Translations under genes and position numbers: made by a program | Source of the DNA: Vicugna vicugna | Taxonomy: Eukaryota | Length of the DNA stretch: 64,000 bases | NCBI GenBank assembly: GCA_013265495.1 | Contig: MU058781.1 | Location: 11,949,009 to 12,013,008 of the forward strand | Direction: 5' to 3' | Part shown: one piece after another, positions 12,588 to 23,487 of the stretch | Layout: every line of letters begins with the position of its first letter | Numbering within the stretch: position 1 is the stretch's first letter | Notes under the pieces: model-generated | The model's database searches: none | Told to the model about the DNA's origin: nothing | What the model saw: only the letters and a program-made list of their open reading frames with translations

Positions 12588-12730
12588 GAGGGGGGAGGGT
12601 ATTGCTCAGTGGTAGGGGGCATGCCTAGTGTGCACAAGGTCCTGGGTTCAATCCCCAGTACTGCCATTAAAAAAAGTTAAAAATAAATAAACCTAATTAC
12701 CCCTCCTCCCCCCCAAAACAAACAAACAAA
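12588..12730 (+). mobile_element. tRNA-derived SINE (Vic-1-like), long form
   Basis: gggggagggtattgctcagtggta...gtcctgggttcaatccccagtac, A-rich linker, acctaattacccc tail; TSD aagaggctaagca / aagagtcaaagca (2 mismatches). Confidence 0.88.
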
Positions 12731-13501
12731 AAGAGTCAAAGCAACAGAAAAACTTAGGCTCCATGTCTTTCAAACCTTTTGAGTGACAGAAAGCAGCTCC
12801 TAGAGGTAGGAGTGTCCTTTCAGTGTCTCCGGTCACCGCTGTTCCCCGGGGTCTCGTCCCTTCCCTTTACCCGCCCCAGTAAGAAGGTCTGGCCATGTGC
12901 TTTCTGGTTTTTCACCCAGGGCTTCCTCCTTCCTGAAGCTTAAGTCACCTTGTTCTACTCTGAGCATCCTGGTAGCTGGTTGCCAAGGGAGCTATGTGTT
13001 CCCTGGCCTCATCCCAGTGAAGTGGAAGGGCGAGGCAGTTGCTCTTGTATGTGGGGGAGAGGGGTGGGTTGGGCTGGGTGGTAGGATGTGAGGAGTGGAT
13101 CAGTAGTGGTGATGGGGAAATAAATACCCAGCAGCCAGACAGTCTTGGAAATGGTTTCTACATCATCCTCAAGCTGCCAGAGAATATATGGGGTAATTGT
13201 GAGGTAGCAATAACTCCAACCCATTTTCCTTAAACCGCGTTTCAGTAATGTGACCTTGTACATGAGTTTCTATACAGTGTCCTTCCTTTCATTCCAAACC
13301 AACACTGATGAGATAAAAAAAATTATTAAGCAGAGCTTTATTCATCAAGGGCTTATGAAACCCTCAGACTGATACTTAGAATCTTTATTTTCTTTAAAAC
13401 GTAATTTTATTCATTTAATAGTCTGGGAATTTGGGGGGAATTATCAGTTTTGTTATTGGTTTGGATACCCTCATTTTTTTCTTCCCAGAGAAAATTGGGT
13501 T

Positions 13502-13639
13502 GGAGGAAGGTATAGCTCAGTTGATCAGGAACATGCTTAAGCATGCACAAGGTCCTGTGCTCAATCCCCAGTATCTCCACTTAAAAAAAATTAAATTAAA
13601 AAAAACCCCTAATCCTCGCGCCCCCCCCCCCCAAAAAGG
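13502..13639 (+). mobile_element. tRNA-derived SINE (Vic-1-like), long form
   Basis: ggtatagctcagttg...ggtcctgtgctcaatccccagta; perfect 12-bp TSD gaaaattgggtt at 13490-13501 and 13640-13651. Confidence 0.88.
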
Positions 13640-13809
13640 GAAAATTGGGTTAAGAAAAGTGTTTTCACTCTTAGCTTCCATTTAACTTCTTGTTAAAATG
13701 TTTGGGCAACAAGCATTGAATAATCAGCCCTATTTCTAGAAAGGCAGTTACTACATACACGTTGGTTTCTAAATCCATGACCTCTACCTTCCCTTGATCT
13801 TCATTTTTG

Positions 13810-13940
13810 TCTCCCAGCTGCTTATTGGACATCTCCACAAGGATGTCCCCACGTATCTCAGATACAGTGTGTCCTAAACTGAACTTACTATTTCCCCCTA
13901 AAACCTGCCCGTGTTCGATACTCTGTCTCAGTGAGTGGCC
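13810..13940 (+). mobile_element. L2 fragment
   Basis: cagctgcttattggacatctccacaaggatgtcc...gtgtcctaaactgaactta, typical L2 motif. Confidence 0.65.
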
Positions 13941-14351
13941 TCTTCATTTACATGGTGTGTACTGGCAGTTCCCTGCAGGAAGCTGTTTTGTGTTACGGCC
14001 TTCAGCTTTTCCAATATTGAGCACCTGGCTGTTCTCCAAAACCAAGCTATGTTTTTTTTCTTAAGTCATCAGGACAAGTTAGAACTAACTTAGAAAATGT
14101 TGACTTGAGAAGTTCCTCAGCACACACAGATGAGTGAAATGTTTCCTGCCCTCTAAGAGTTTGTAATCTGGAGGTAGTGTAAGAAAGTTCCACAAATAAC
14201 ACGATGAGGAGAGTGAAACACCCTCAGATTTCAAGACACAGAAAAGTTCTGTTTCACTCGGGATGTCAAAAAAATGTTTTATTTGTGTTTGTTTCCCTCT
14301 TTTCTTTTTTCTTTGTTTCTTTTTTTTTCTTTTTTTTTTTTTTTTTTTTTG

Positions 14352-14388
14352 NNNNNNNNNNNNNNNNNNNNNNNNNNNNNNNNNNNNN
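14352..14388. other. Assembly gap (37 N) flanked by poly-T
   Basis: Run of n between T homopolymers. Confidence 0.99.
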
Positions 14389-14789
14389 TTTTTTTTTTTT
14401 TTTTGAGAGGAGGGCTTTTGTCAGCCGTGGGCCTTGGAGAAGAGTCCATTAGGGAAAGTGGCAGCAGTTGGAGGCTGGAGGCGGAGGTGAGGGCAGGTGC
14501 AGTGGCGCTTAACTTGCCTTAGGAAGACAGCAGCCAGCCTGACAAGTAGTTGGAATTGAGAGCCTGCAGATATCACTGTGAGGCAAAGGGGAAGTCTACC
14601 TGGAGAGAGCCTGAATAAAAGCCTCAGGGCTAGGCACTAGGGAGCTAGCAAAGGCTTTTTGAAATTTAGAATAAAGTGACAGCTACGTATAAGGGAGAAT
14701 CAGTCTTGTAAATGCTGCTTTATGAATGTGGAGGGAGAGAGCCTCGAGTTGGAAGTAAAAGGTGTCAGATTGCCTGGCTATTTTAGGGG

Positions 14790-14915
14790 ACAAGACTCCA
14801 GGCAAGTTAACTCACTTTTCCATGCCTCATTGTCCTCATCTGTAAAATGGGAATATGATACTCATGCAGTTTTGTGAGGATTAAATTAACTCATGCAATG
14901 GCTTAAAAGTGTCCC
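14790..14915 (+). mobile_element. MIR fragment
   Basis: ggcaagttaactcacttttccatgcctcattgtcctcatctgtaaaatggg MIR core. Confidence 0.8.
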
Positions 14916-17254
14916 AGAGGTTTTAGCTGTACAGGTTGCGGCAGTTGTTACCCAGAGGCGCCTGACTGAAAGCATACACTGTCAAAGAGAAAATGGATGA
15001 TGTTTGTAGGCGATTTCTTTGATGTTTATGATTTTTAAAATTATTGTATGTTTGTTTGTAAGTTGATTGCGTTTCTCTAATTTGATTTTTTTTATTCTTG
15101 TTAACTATGAAGGTGACAGAAGAGTAACTTTCTAGCATGACTTTCTTCTTAGACTTTCAGCATATTTGATCATTCTTTCATATACAGGACAGTTGAAAGC
15201 TGGCTGGGTATTAGCGTTGATATGTTAGGACAATGCTTCTTTGCTTCCATGAGAAAAACAGTATTGCAAAGCCCTTTTTAAGTCAAAAGCCAGTCGAATG
15301 TGAAAAGGTGAGGTTATGGGGAAGAGAAGTGGCAAAATAGGAGTTTATGGTAAACAAAAGGAGGCAGGCTCTGGTAGTCCCTACACTTTCCTAAAGCAGT
15401 GGGTAGCACTTTGTGGCGTGGTTTGCATCAGTAAGACACTCACTCTTCTGGAGACTACTGCTGTATTGTATAGAGTGAGCCCTGGAATTGTATTTCAGAT
15501 AAATCACTTAAGTGGATTAAAATAACGTACAGAATATTTTCCCCCTGTCAACCAGTTAAGCGTGAGATTTGCATAGAAAGCGGGTGTGCTCGGCATTGAG
15601 TTTACTGTTCGTTGCTGCATAGAACTATTTTCTGAGTCTTGTGTGAATTAAATGCACGCCATGTAAATGTAGTTGATTCAGCTGTATAGCGTGACCTCTG
15701 AATGTCTGGCACGATGTCCATATCTGTTGTCCAGGATTTTGGTTTACCTGTCACGATACTTATTCTGACAGTAACTCCTGTGTGTGTGTGTCTGTCTATC
15801 TGTCTGACACACGCTCACTCTCTCTCTGTATGTGTGTGTGAGCTGGTGCCCTGTGATGCGTGCACAGATGACTCTTTGCTGTTATGTAGCTACAGAAAGA
15901 ACTCCTGCGGGGTAGATTTTTTCTTTCCCTCAATGTCTGTGTCTAGTGTTGGAATACGTAAGAAACAGTTCCTCTCTTCTGGAAGTTTAGTTCTTAAAAC
16001 TTTATCTCTTATGTAAATAAATGCACTTGTTCCATGAAATCTAATTTTTTTTTTTCCTTCCTGAAAAACGGAAGATGAGAACCGTTTCAGAAGGAAACTG
16101 CTTGGAAAAAAGCTCCGAGTGAGATCTTTGAAGGATGGTTTTGAAGGTTAGGGAAAATGCCAGGGGTAGCCTCCACCGTGGCAGGGCCCTGTTCACACTA
16201 CCGTCTACACTAGTGGCCTCCCTCACTCTCCAGGTCATTTCCTCCTGCCCCTGAGTGTAACTGTCCAGTGTTGTTTCTGGAGTAAAATTAGGCTCTGGTT
16301 TCTGAGTCTGCCATGAGGATTAGTTTATTTCTCCCTCTGATCCTAGACTGCCCCCTTCCTATTCTTAATCCTACCAGCTTCCTGCCTTATTTTCTGTCTG
16401 TGTTTGACTAGCTTAGCTTGATCTTTCCTATGTGTCACTGAAACTGATGTACAGTTGAGCTGAAATAAAGCAAGAATTTTAGAAGAGAAACGTGATCTCA
16501 GATGAAGTCAGGCCCGTATCCAGCTTGGTGTGTCCAAGGTTTACTTAATTCATCTGTGTAAATGCTTGCATCTGTTTCCGACCGCTCTGTTCTTTCTTTG
16601 TATAACATCTGGCTTCACTGTATTGTTGCCAGAAAATAATGCTACCGAAATCCCAGAATGATGGTACTGAACCAAGATGAACCGTTCCACATCGCCAGAT
16701 TCTATAATATCACTACCATTGTGCATGGCTTCTTAACCCCCACAGTTGCCCCCAGATTAAGGACTTTGAGCATAATAAGGAGTTCATCATGGGTGTGTTC
16801 AGATAAAGTGGAGAAAAATTATGCTGCATCTGTAGATCTCAGGCATTTACACAAGAACTGGACGGAATTACTGACATTCAACATCAATCGTTATACCTGA
16901 GGATGCTTCAATCATAAAAATTGCAAAGAAGTAGCAATCTTTTCAAGGCTGGTACGGTGTCTGTATTTAAATGTGTGTATTTGAGGTTTTCTCTGGGAGG
17001 AGAACAGGCCAACCAGGCAACTTGCTGGGCTCTATGTATGGCACACTTTATCTGGAATTTATCCAGTGAGAGAATGGAAATAACTGCGAACATTCTCCTC
17101 TGATACTCTACGAGGTGATTGAAATCCATAAGGATGAGCATTATGCATAGCCAAAGCAATTTTATTTATATATTCCAAAGTACTTTAAAATTTTTAAAGG
17201 TGGATGAAAATAATGTGTAATATGACTTTGTGCGTTTATTTCACCACTTGGCAC

Positions 17255-18030
17255 CCAGGGGCTGTCATGGTCCTGGAGGCTTCTGACTTGCCAACAGCCT
17301 TCCTCACGGCCTGTGACCTCTTCCCTCCACTCCACTTTACTCTCAACAGCCACCCCCCAGACCTTGTCATCTCCTGGAACAGCCTCTCCTGGGTGAAATC
17401 ATCATTCGTCATCTCTCTCTGACCACAGCCTCCAGTGTTGCACTTTCCCTCGGAAGGACCAGGACTTGGACTTTTGGGGGGGGCCTCCAGGCCGTGATCT
17501 TTTGGGATTCCTTTTTTTCCATCTCCTTTCTGCCTTCGCTTCCTCTCCTGACCGCCAAGCCTCACGCTGGCCAGCCCTTGAGCGAGGCCCTGTCAGTCTC
17601 CCCAACTCCTTCTGTCCCCACTGTCTTTCTGGCTTGCCTGCCTGGAAAGCCTGCATCCCTGCAGCAAAGCCAGCTGCCCCCCACCCCCACCTCCACCCCA
17701 CACACATTTGGGCTGCTGAGAGCTGTGAGAGAAACTTGGTGCCACCAGCAGTTCATGACCTTCACTCTCACTGGGCTCTTAACAGTCACGGGAAAGTGCT
17801 TTTTAATTTCTCAAGCTATCTGTCTATTTATTTCCAAAGTTTGCCCCACCCCTGCCCCTGCAGGTGTTTGTTTACAGTGCCCATCTAATCATCTCCTACT
17901 TGCTGTTTCATCTTTTTGTGGCTCCTCATTGCCCTGAGAATAAAATCCCAGCCCCTTCATTTGATCTTTAAGGCTCCCCGGGACCTGGTTCCCGCTTAGC
18001 TCCCAGACCCCTCGTCACCCGTCTCCCTAT
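17255..18030 (+). mobile_element. Decayed L2 fragments
   Basis: L2 ORF2-like remnants (ccccccagaccttgtcatc; gggctgctgagagctgtgagagaaac; ttcatgaccttcactctcactgggctctt) and downstream ggctcctcattgccctgagaataaaatccca; ends approximate. Confidence 0.55.
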
Positions 18031-18126
18031 CACACGTTTTTTGCTAAGTGTTTTGAACTGTGTTCAGTGTCTAGGGAAGAGATGGTAAAAGGAACAGCTC
18101 TTCCAATGTGAAATGCTCAGTTTCTT

Positions 18127-18263
18127 TTTTTTTTTTTTTGTAAGGGTAAGATTAGATTTACTTACTTATTTATTTTAATGGAGGTAGTGGTGATTGAACC
18201 CAGGACACTGTGCACAGTGGGCACACACTCTACCACTGAACTGTGCCACTCCCCGCCCCCACC
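18127..18263 (-). mobile_element. tRNA-derived SINE (Vic-1-like), long form
   Basis: gattgaacccaggacactgtgcac...ctctaccactgaactg; perfect 16-bp TSD aaatgctcagtttctt at 18111-18126 and 18264-18279. Confidence 0.88.
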
Positions 18264-18639
18264 AAATGCTCAGTTTCTTGATGGACATTTGTACTATTTT
18301 GTACTGTGGAAGGGCAGAAGAGGAGCTCCGTACTTCACTTCTTTGACTATTAGTAATTTATACTTAGTATACACGTAATCTAAAATTTATTAAGCAGAAC
18401 ACACCACTTTCTAACTATTCTAATAAATCTAATGCTATACAACAACTCAGTAACATGGGGAGTATTTATATTGTTAAATACCTGTTGTTGCTACCTCCAA
18501 ATGGAAGGTAAATAAAGGGCTTTATTATTCAGTTCCTGTAGATTTCCAGTTCCCTAGTACTCAAAACATGGAATTATATTTACCAAAATTGAAAGGATAC
18601 CCATTTTGTTTAAAAAAAAATAGGCATATTACAAAGTAA

Positions 18640-18841
<202 letters not shown>

Positions 18842-19098
18842 GGATGGGATGGATGTCTTCTTGCCGGAAGTTAAGTCTATTCCTAGCTTGCTCCCATAAA
18901 GGTACAATTAGTTTTAAGGTGTAATTAGCCCCACACAGACCTTAGATCAGTGGACAAACGTCCTATATTTAAGCTGGATTGCATCCTGCTGTGTACTTAC
19001 TATAGAACAGGGGGGGAATCTTTGCTGTTTCCCCAAACGGAAAGGCTAATCAGCACTGTCAACATCGGCCATATTTAAGCTTTTAGATTTTAACTTGA

Positions 19099-19320
<222 letters not shown>

Positions 19321-19444
19321 TAAAATCTTCCTTCCTCAGATTTTATAAAAATCTGCTATGCCATTGTTTGATTCTCTTTGCATCTTCTTGCTTCTCTGAT
19401 CATCTCCGTGGACTATTTATGTGACTGAATTATATTTCAAATAG

Positions 19445-19518
19445 GATGTGGATACCATTTATCTGACACAAGACACCAGGGAATTGAATTTACAAGACTT
19501 CAGTCATCTTGACCACCG
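19445..19518 (+). CDS. CARMIL1: CARMIL1 coding exon (about exon 8), DVDTIYLTQDTRELNLQDFSHLDH(R)
   Basis: aaatag|GAT ... CAC CG|gtaagc; 74 nt, phase 0-2. Confidence 0.95.
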
Positions 19519-20885
19519 GTAAGCTGCTTCTTTCTTTTCTTTCACTCCTGGTCTTGCTTTCAGAACGGAGCTAGTCTGTTGTATTTACGGGTGTCCATTA
19601 TCTCCAGATAATCCTTTTATAAGGGGAGTCAGGAGAATCTAAGAATCTCTGGATTTTGCCTTCTGTGTAATAGTTTCAAATGTGTTCTTCACTGTGATTG
19701 GTTCTGGATGGAGTACACATGTGTATCTCAAATCCGAGTTCACAGTTAGAAGTCGTGGAAACAGTATAATTCTTAGGTTCTTATACCAGCTGGCAAATCG
19801 ATTTAATCTACCCTGTATGTAGAATGTAGTACTATTTTGCCTAATTGCCATTTAGAACAGTTTTCTAGGAGGAAACATTTTGCTGAAATCCTAACAAATG
19901 ACTTTTAATTTATAATTTCTTTCTGTCTTGGGGATTGCTAGAGTATATATGCTCATTTTGGTAGGAATCAGTTTGCCAATACCTGGCTTACGATGGTGAT
20001 CATAAAATTATGAAACCTGTTACTAGTTCTTTAAGAGACTTTTAGGCTCTAAGATCTTGCCTTTAATGTATTTAGGGCCATGACTCCTGTGGTCAGGCCC
20101 CAGAGAAGAAGCAGCTTTCCTCTTCTCCCTTCTCTCTGCGAGAACAGACCTAGCAAAGTGGTTTTGCTCCCTGACGAAGTTGAATGTTGCAACCCCCTCA
20201 CCCCAAGTCTTTTCTGGCCATTTATCCCAATCTGGTCAACTCTGGAGATTCTGCGACTTATTTTAGGTGGGCAGTTAATCACAGTCCCATGTCAGGGAAT
20301 CCCCGCCTGAGAAATTTTTTCTCTGTTTGGAATGGAGAGAGAAATCTCAGATTCCAACTGTCCCTTTTATGCCATTTGGACAATTGAAATAGTACAGAGA
20401 ATGATTGCCTTTTTAAAAATTTTTTTAATTAAAAAATTTTTTACCGCCAGCCTCTTGCCCCCAAAATACCATTTTAAGTGATTTTTCCACTTACCTGGCA
20501 GGAAATCGGAATTGGAGTGGGGTCCCCAGAGTTCTAGGCAATTGACTTGAGCAAAGGAAAAGTGTCCTGGTGGGATGTAGTTCCTCTCCTACAGCCTGGG
20601 TCTGTGGAGGTTGGTGAACCAGGCTCAGCTGTGTCTGTAGATGTGGCTGAAGTGCCTGAAGCCCCTGGTTCCTACGGTTGGCTTTGATTCCTCTTTGTGC
20701 TTAGAGCCATTCTCCCTCTTCCTATATTTGTGGGCATGTCGTACTTCCATTTAGACAAGATACTTCCTGTGTAGCTCATGAAAAAGTGAACAGAGAAACA
20801 GGGAAGATCTTTTACTTGGTGAGTATTTTTCAATAAAAACAGAAAACTGCATGTAGACTTAAGATAGGAGCAGGTAGGCCTACAG

Positions 20886-22505
20886 TATCAGGTCTGGATG
20901 CTTTTGGTCCTAGGATCTTTTGCCATTCTTGAAAATGGTTGTGCTTTTATTTTTGTGGGTTATACCTTTTGGTATTTATCATGTTGGAAATGAAAATGAA
21001 AATGAAAAATTTATGAATTCCTTGAAAAGTAATGTTAATCCACCAATTCCAGGCTAACATTGATACCATTCTTCTGAAAAATAGCTCTTTTCCAAAACAA
21101 AAATCAGTCAGTGAGAAGAATTGCATCATTTTACCTTTTTCGGCAGATCACTTTAATTTCTGACTTAATAGAAGATAGCTGAATTCTCATAGCTGCTTCT
21201 GCACTCACTCTGTTACTGTATGTTGTCTCGTCTGAAGAATTAGAAAGAAAATCCAACCAAATGCAGATCTGTAGTTAGAAAAGGGACTATTTTTAATAGT
21301 CTTTTCACATAATTTCTGATATTCTTTTTTGATACTTCAACCCAACTCAGCACATGATGGGTTTCTTACAGATCAGTTGCAGTGTGAAGTCTGAAACCGT
21401 TATCAGTGAACTTTTTTGTATTTTGTTACATTATAGTCCATTTGGTCCATCTTGTGCTTTGAATATTTTACCTGTAGATGTTTTTGTAGAATCTTGCCTT
21501 GGTCATTTAGGAAATACTGGTTCATTGAGTTACGCATAACATCCAACTATTTTGCTGTTGTACAGTGAGGAAAAACATTTTTAAACTGTCACTACTGATC
21601 TTATCAAAAGATCTTTAAGGACAGCAAAGCTTGCAAAGCTCATAGTGGCAGATAAAAGTTGCCCAAAATTCAAACTTTGGCTTTCAAGTTATAAATTTAC
21701 CCTTGGAAAAAAGTATTAGCAGGTGATTTCCTTGAAATAACTGGCTATCTTCGTGCATTTTAGAGAAAATATTTGCTAAACCCCAAGTCTCAATAATTGT
21801 ACTTTGTCACCTTTTCATGGTGTTTCATGAAAAAAGAGAGCTAGTTCTAATAACTCCAACTGTCATAGAAAATTCTTTACATTGAGACAGGTACCACTTT
21901 GGTATATGGAAGAAGCATATTGTGTCTACATTTTTTTTTAATTCCTATTTTTTGTTGAAATGTAGTTGATTCACAATGTTAGTTTCAGGTGTACAGCAAA
22001 GTGACTCAGATATATATATATATTCAGATTCTTGTCCATTACAGCTCATTACAAGAAACTGAATATAGTTCCCTGAGCTATACAGTAGGTCCTTGTTGTT
22101 TATCTACTTTATATATAGTAATGTGTATCTGTTAATCCCAAACTCCTCATCTACTTCTGTCTTGTTATACAGAGTATTTACAATGTATGAACTCAAGGGC
22201 TGAGATTTAACAAAAATAACTCTTTACTTTTTCGTCAAGGATGTTTGTAAATGAAGTTGGTGTTGTTTGTGCAGCAGTGGCGGGTTCAGTAATATTTGCA
22301 CAGCGTGGCGCTGCTGCCTTGCTTTGTGCTAGGGTACCAGCGGTTTTCTCCCCTGTTACTGTTGCACCATCCTCGCAGGTGGCAACATGATGAAAAGGAC
22401 AGACTTGTTTTAGTATCATTATGAAAACTGTCTTGAACTTGTGAACCTCCCAAGTGAATCTCAGGGTCCTCCAGGGGTCCGTGGACCGTATTTGGAGAAC
22501 ATCTG
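20886..22505 (-). mobile_element. Charlie1a-like hAT DNA transposon, near full length
   Basis: Terminal ccaggggtccgtggaccgtatttggagaacatctg; minus-strand transposase remnant (CEDGATVTGEKTAGTLAQSKAAAPRC in ORF 22207..22419); degenerate 8-bp TSD gcctacag/gtctatag. Confidence 0.82.
21930..22147 (-). mobile_element. Truncated cetartiodactyl-type L1 3' end nested in Charlie1
   Basis: poly-T then gttagtttcaggtgtacagcaaagtgactcaga...gaatatagttccctgagctatacagtaggtccttgttg. Confidence 0.85.
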
Positions 22506-22624
22506 GTCTATAGGAGTAAAGACATGTAGGGCAGCCTGAGGTGTTTCTCCAGCTTTCCTTCTTTGTACATCCTTCATCATTTTTATGCCATCAATAGGTT
22601 ATACATAGCATCAGTGCTATACTT

Positions 22625-22731
22625 CTTTTCCTTTTTTTTTTTTTTAAATGGAAGTACTGGGGATTGAACCTAGGACCTCATGCATGCTAAGCATGGGCTC
22701 TACCACTGAGCTGTTCTACCCTCCACCACCC
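22625..22731 (-). mobile_element. tRNA-derived SINE (Vic-1-like), short form
   Basis: gtactggggattgaacctaggacctcatgcatgctaagcatgggctctaccactgagct; TSD cagtgctatactt / cagtgctaaactt. Confidence 0.88.
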
Positions 22732-23032
22732 CAGTGCTAAACTTTCCAGTTAATCCCTTGTGCTGAATTTGGTGATTAATCTGTTGGCTGTGGGAAGCTA
22801 TCTCTAGAGAAGCTACTTAATACAGTTGCTTGAAATATGTAGAAAATTATCCAAGATGGAGAAGCTTTGTCAAAATGTTGAACTTTCCTACAAGTAGATT
22901 TTTCTAAATTTCTTAGCTGGAGAAATTTTATTTTCTCAGTAAACCCTGCATTAGTGAGGTGGATCACAATCATCTACTTTTCTTACTTGATCAAGAGCTG
23001 GCAGGACTTTTTTCATCACTGAGACTCTAGAT

Positions 23033-23233
23033 CAGACATTGGAAATGTTTTTTGTGAAGGGTCAGATAGTAAATATTTTAGGCTTTATGAGCCAGACGGT
23101 CACTGTTGAGCATCACCGCTGTTGTAGCTTGAAAGCAGGTCTAGACTCTGTGTAACTGAATGGGTATGATTGTGTTTCAATAAAACTTTATTTGCAGAAA
23201 TATACCTTGTGGGCTGTAGCTTACTGACTTCTG
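23033..23233 (+). mobile_element. MER58A-like hAT-Charlie MITE
   Basis: gaagggtcagatagtaaatattttaggcttt...gtgtttcaataaaactttatttgcag; cag...ctg ends; TSD ctctagat/gtctagat. Confidence 0.85.
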
Positions 23234-23241
23234 GTCTAGAT

Positions 23242-23487
23242 CAGTGGCCATCAATGTGGAATGTATGTAACCAAAGGAAAATGCAAGATGAGCTACAAAA
23301 ACATCAGAACATCTATTTATATCTACTGTTTGACTCTTGAAAATTTCTGTATTTTATAACATAAATCTAACACATGGCTATTGTACATTTAGTACGTAAT
23401 AACTGAATATTGAAAAATTAGAGCTCTCAGAACCTTTTTTTTTTTTTTAACTGCAGTGGGCTTGATTAATAAAAATGAGGACCAGTG
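23242..23487 (+). mobile_element. MER113A-like hAT-Charlie MITE
   Basis: cagtggcc...catcagaacatctatttatatc...gaggaccagtg; flanked by gtctagat/ctctagat. Confidence 0.6.

Noticed and set aside
12588..12670. tRNA-like sequences here and at six other sites
   Set aside because: SINE heads with A-rich tails and TSDs, diverged from each other and lacking a proper acceptor stem; not tRNA genes
14204..14522. ORFs spanning the N gap
   Set aside because: Artefacts of poly-T runs and the assembly gap
16550..16860. Imperfect 13-14 bp inverted repeat (tgtgtaaatgcttg / caggcatttacaca) about 270 nt apart, and ORF 16658..16900
   Set aside because: Too short to exceed chance, no TSD or TIR structure, peptide unrecognisable; an ancient repeat cannot be excluded without a Dfam search
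17236..17937. Cluster of overlapping 100-147 aa ORFs on both strands
   Set aside because: GC-rich decayed L2 sequence; no splice-compatible or recognisable coding signal
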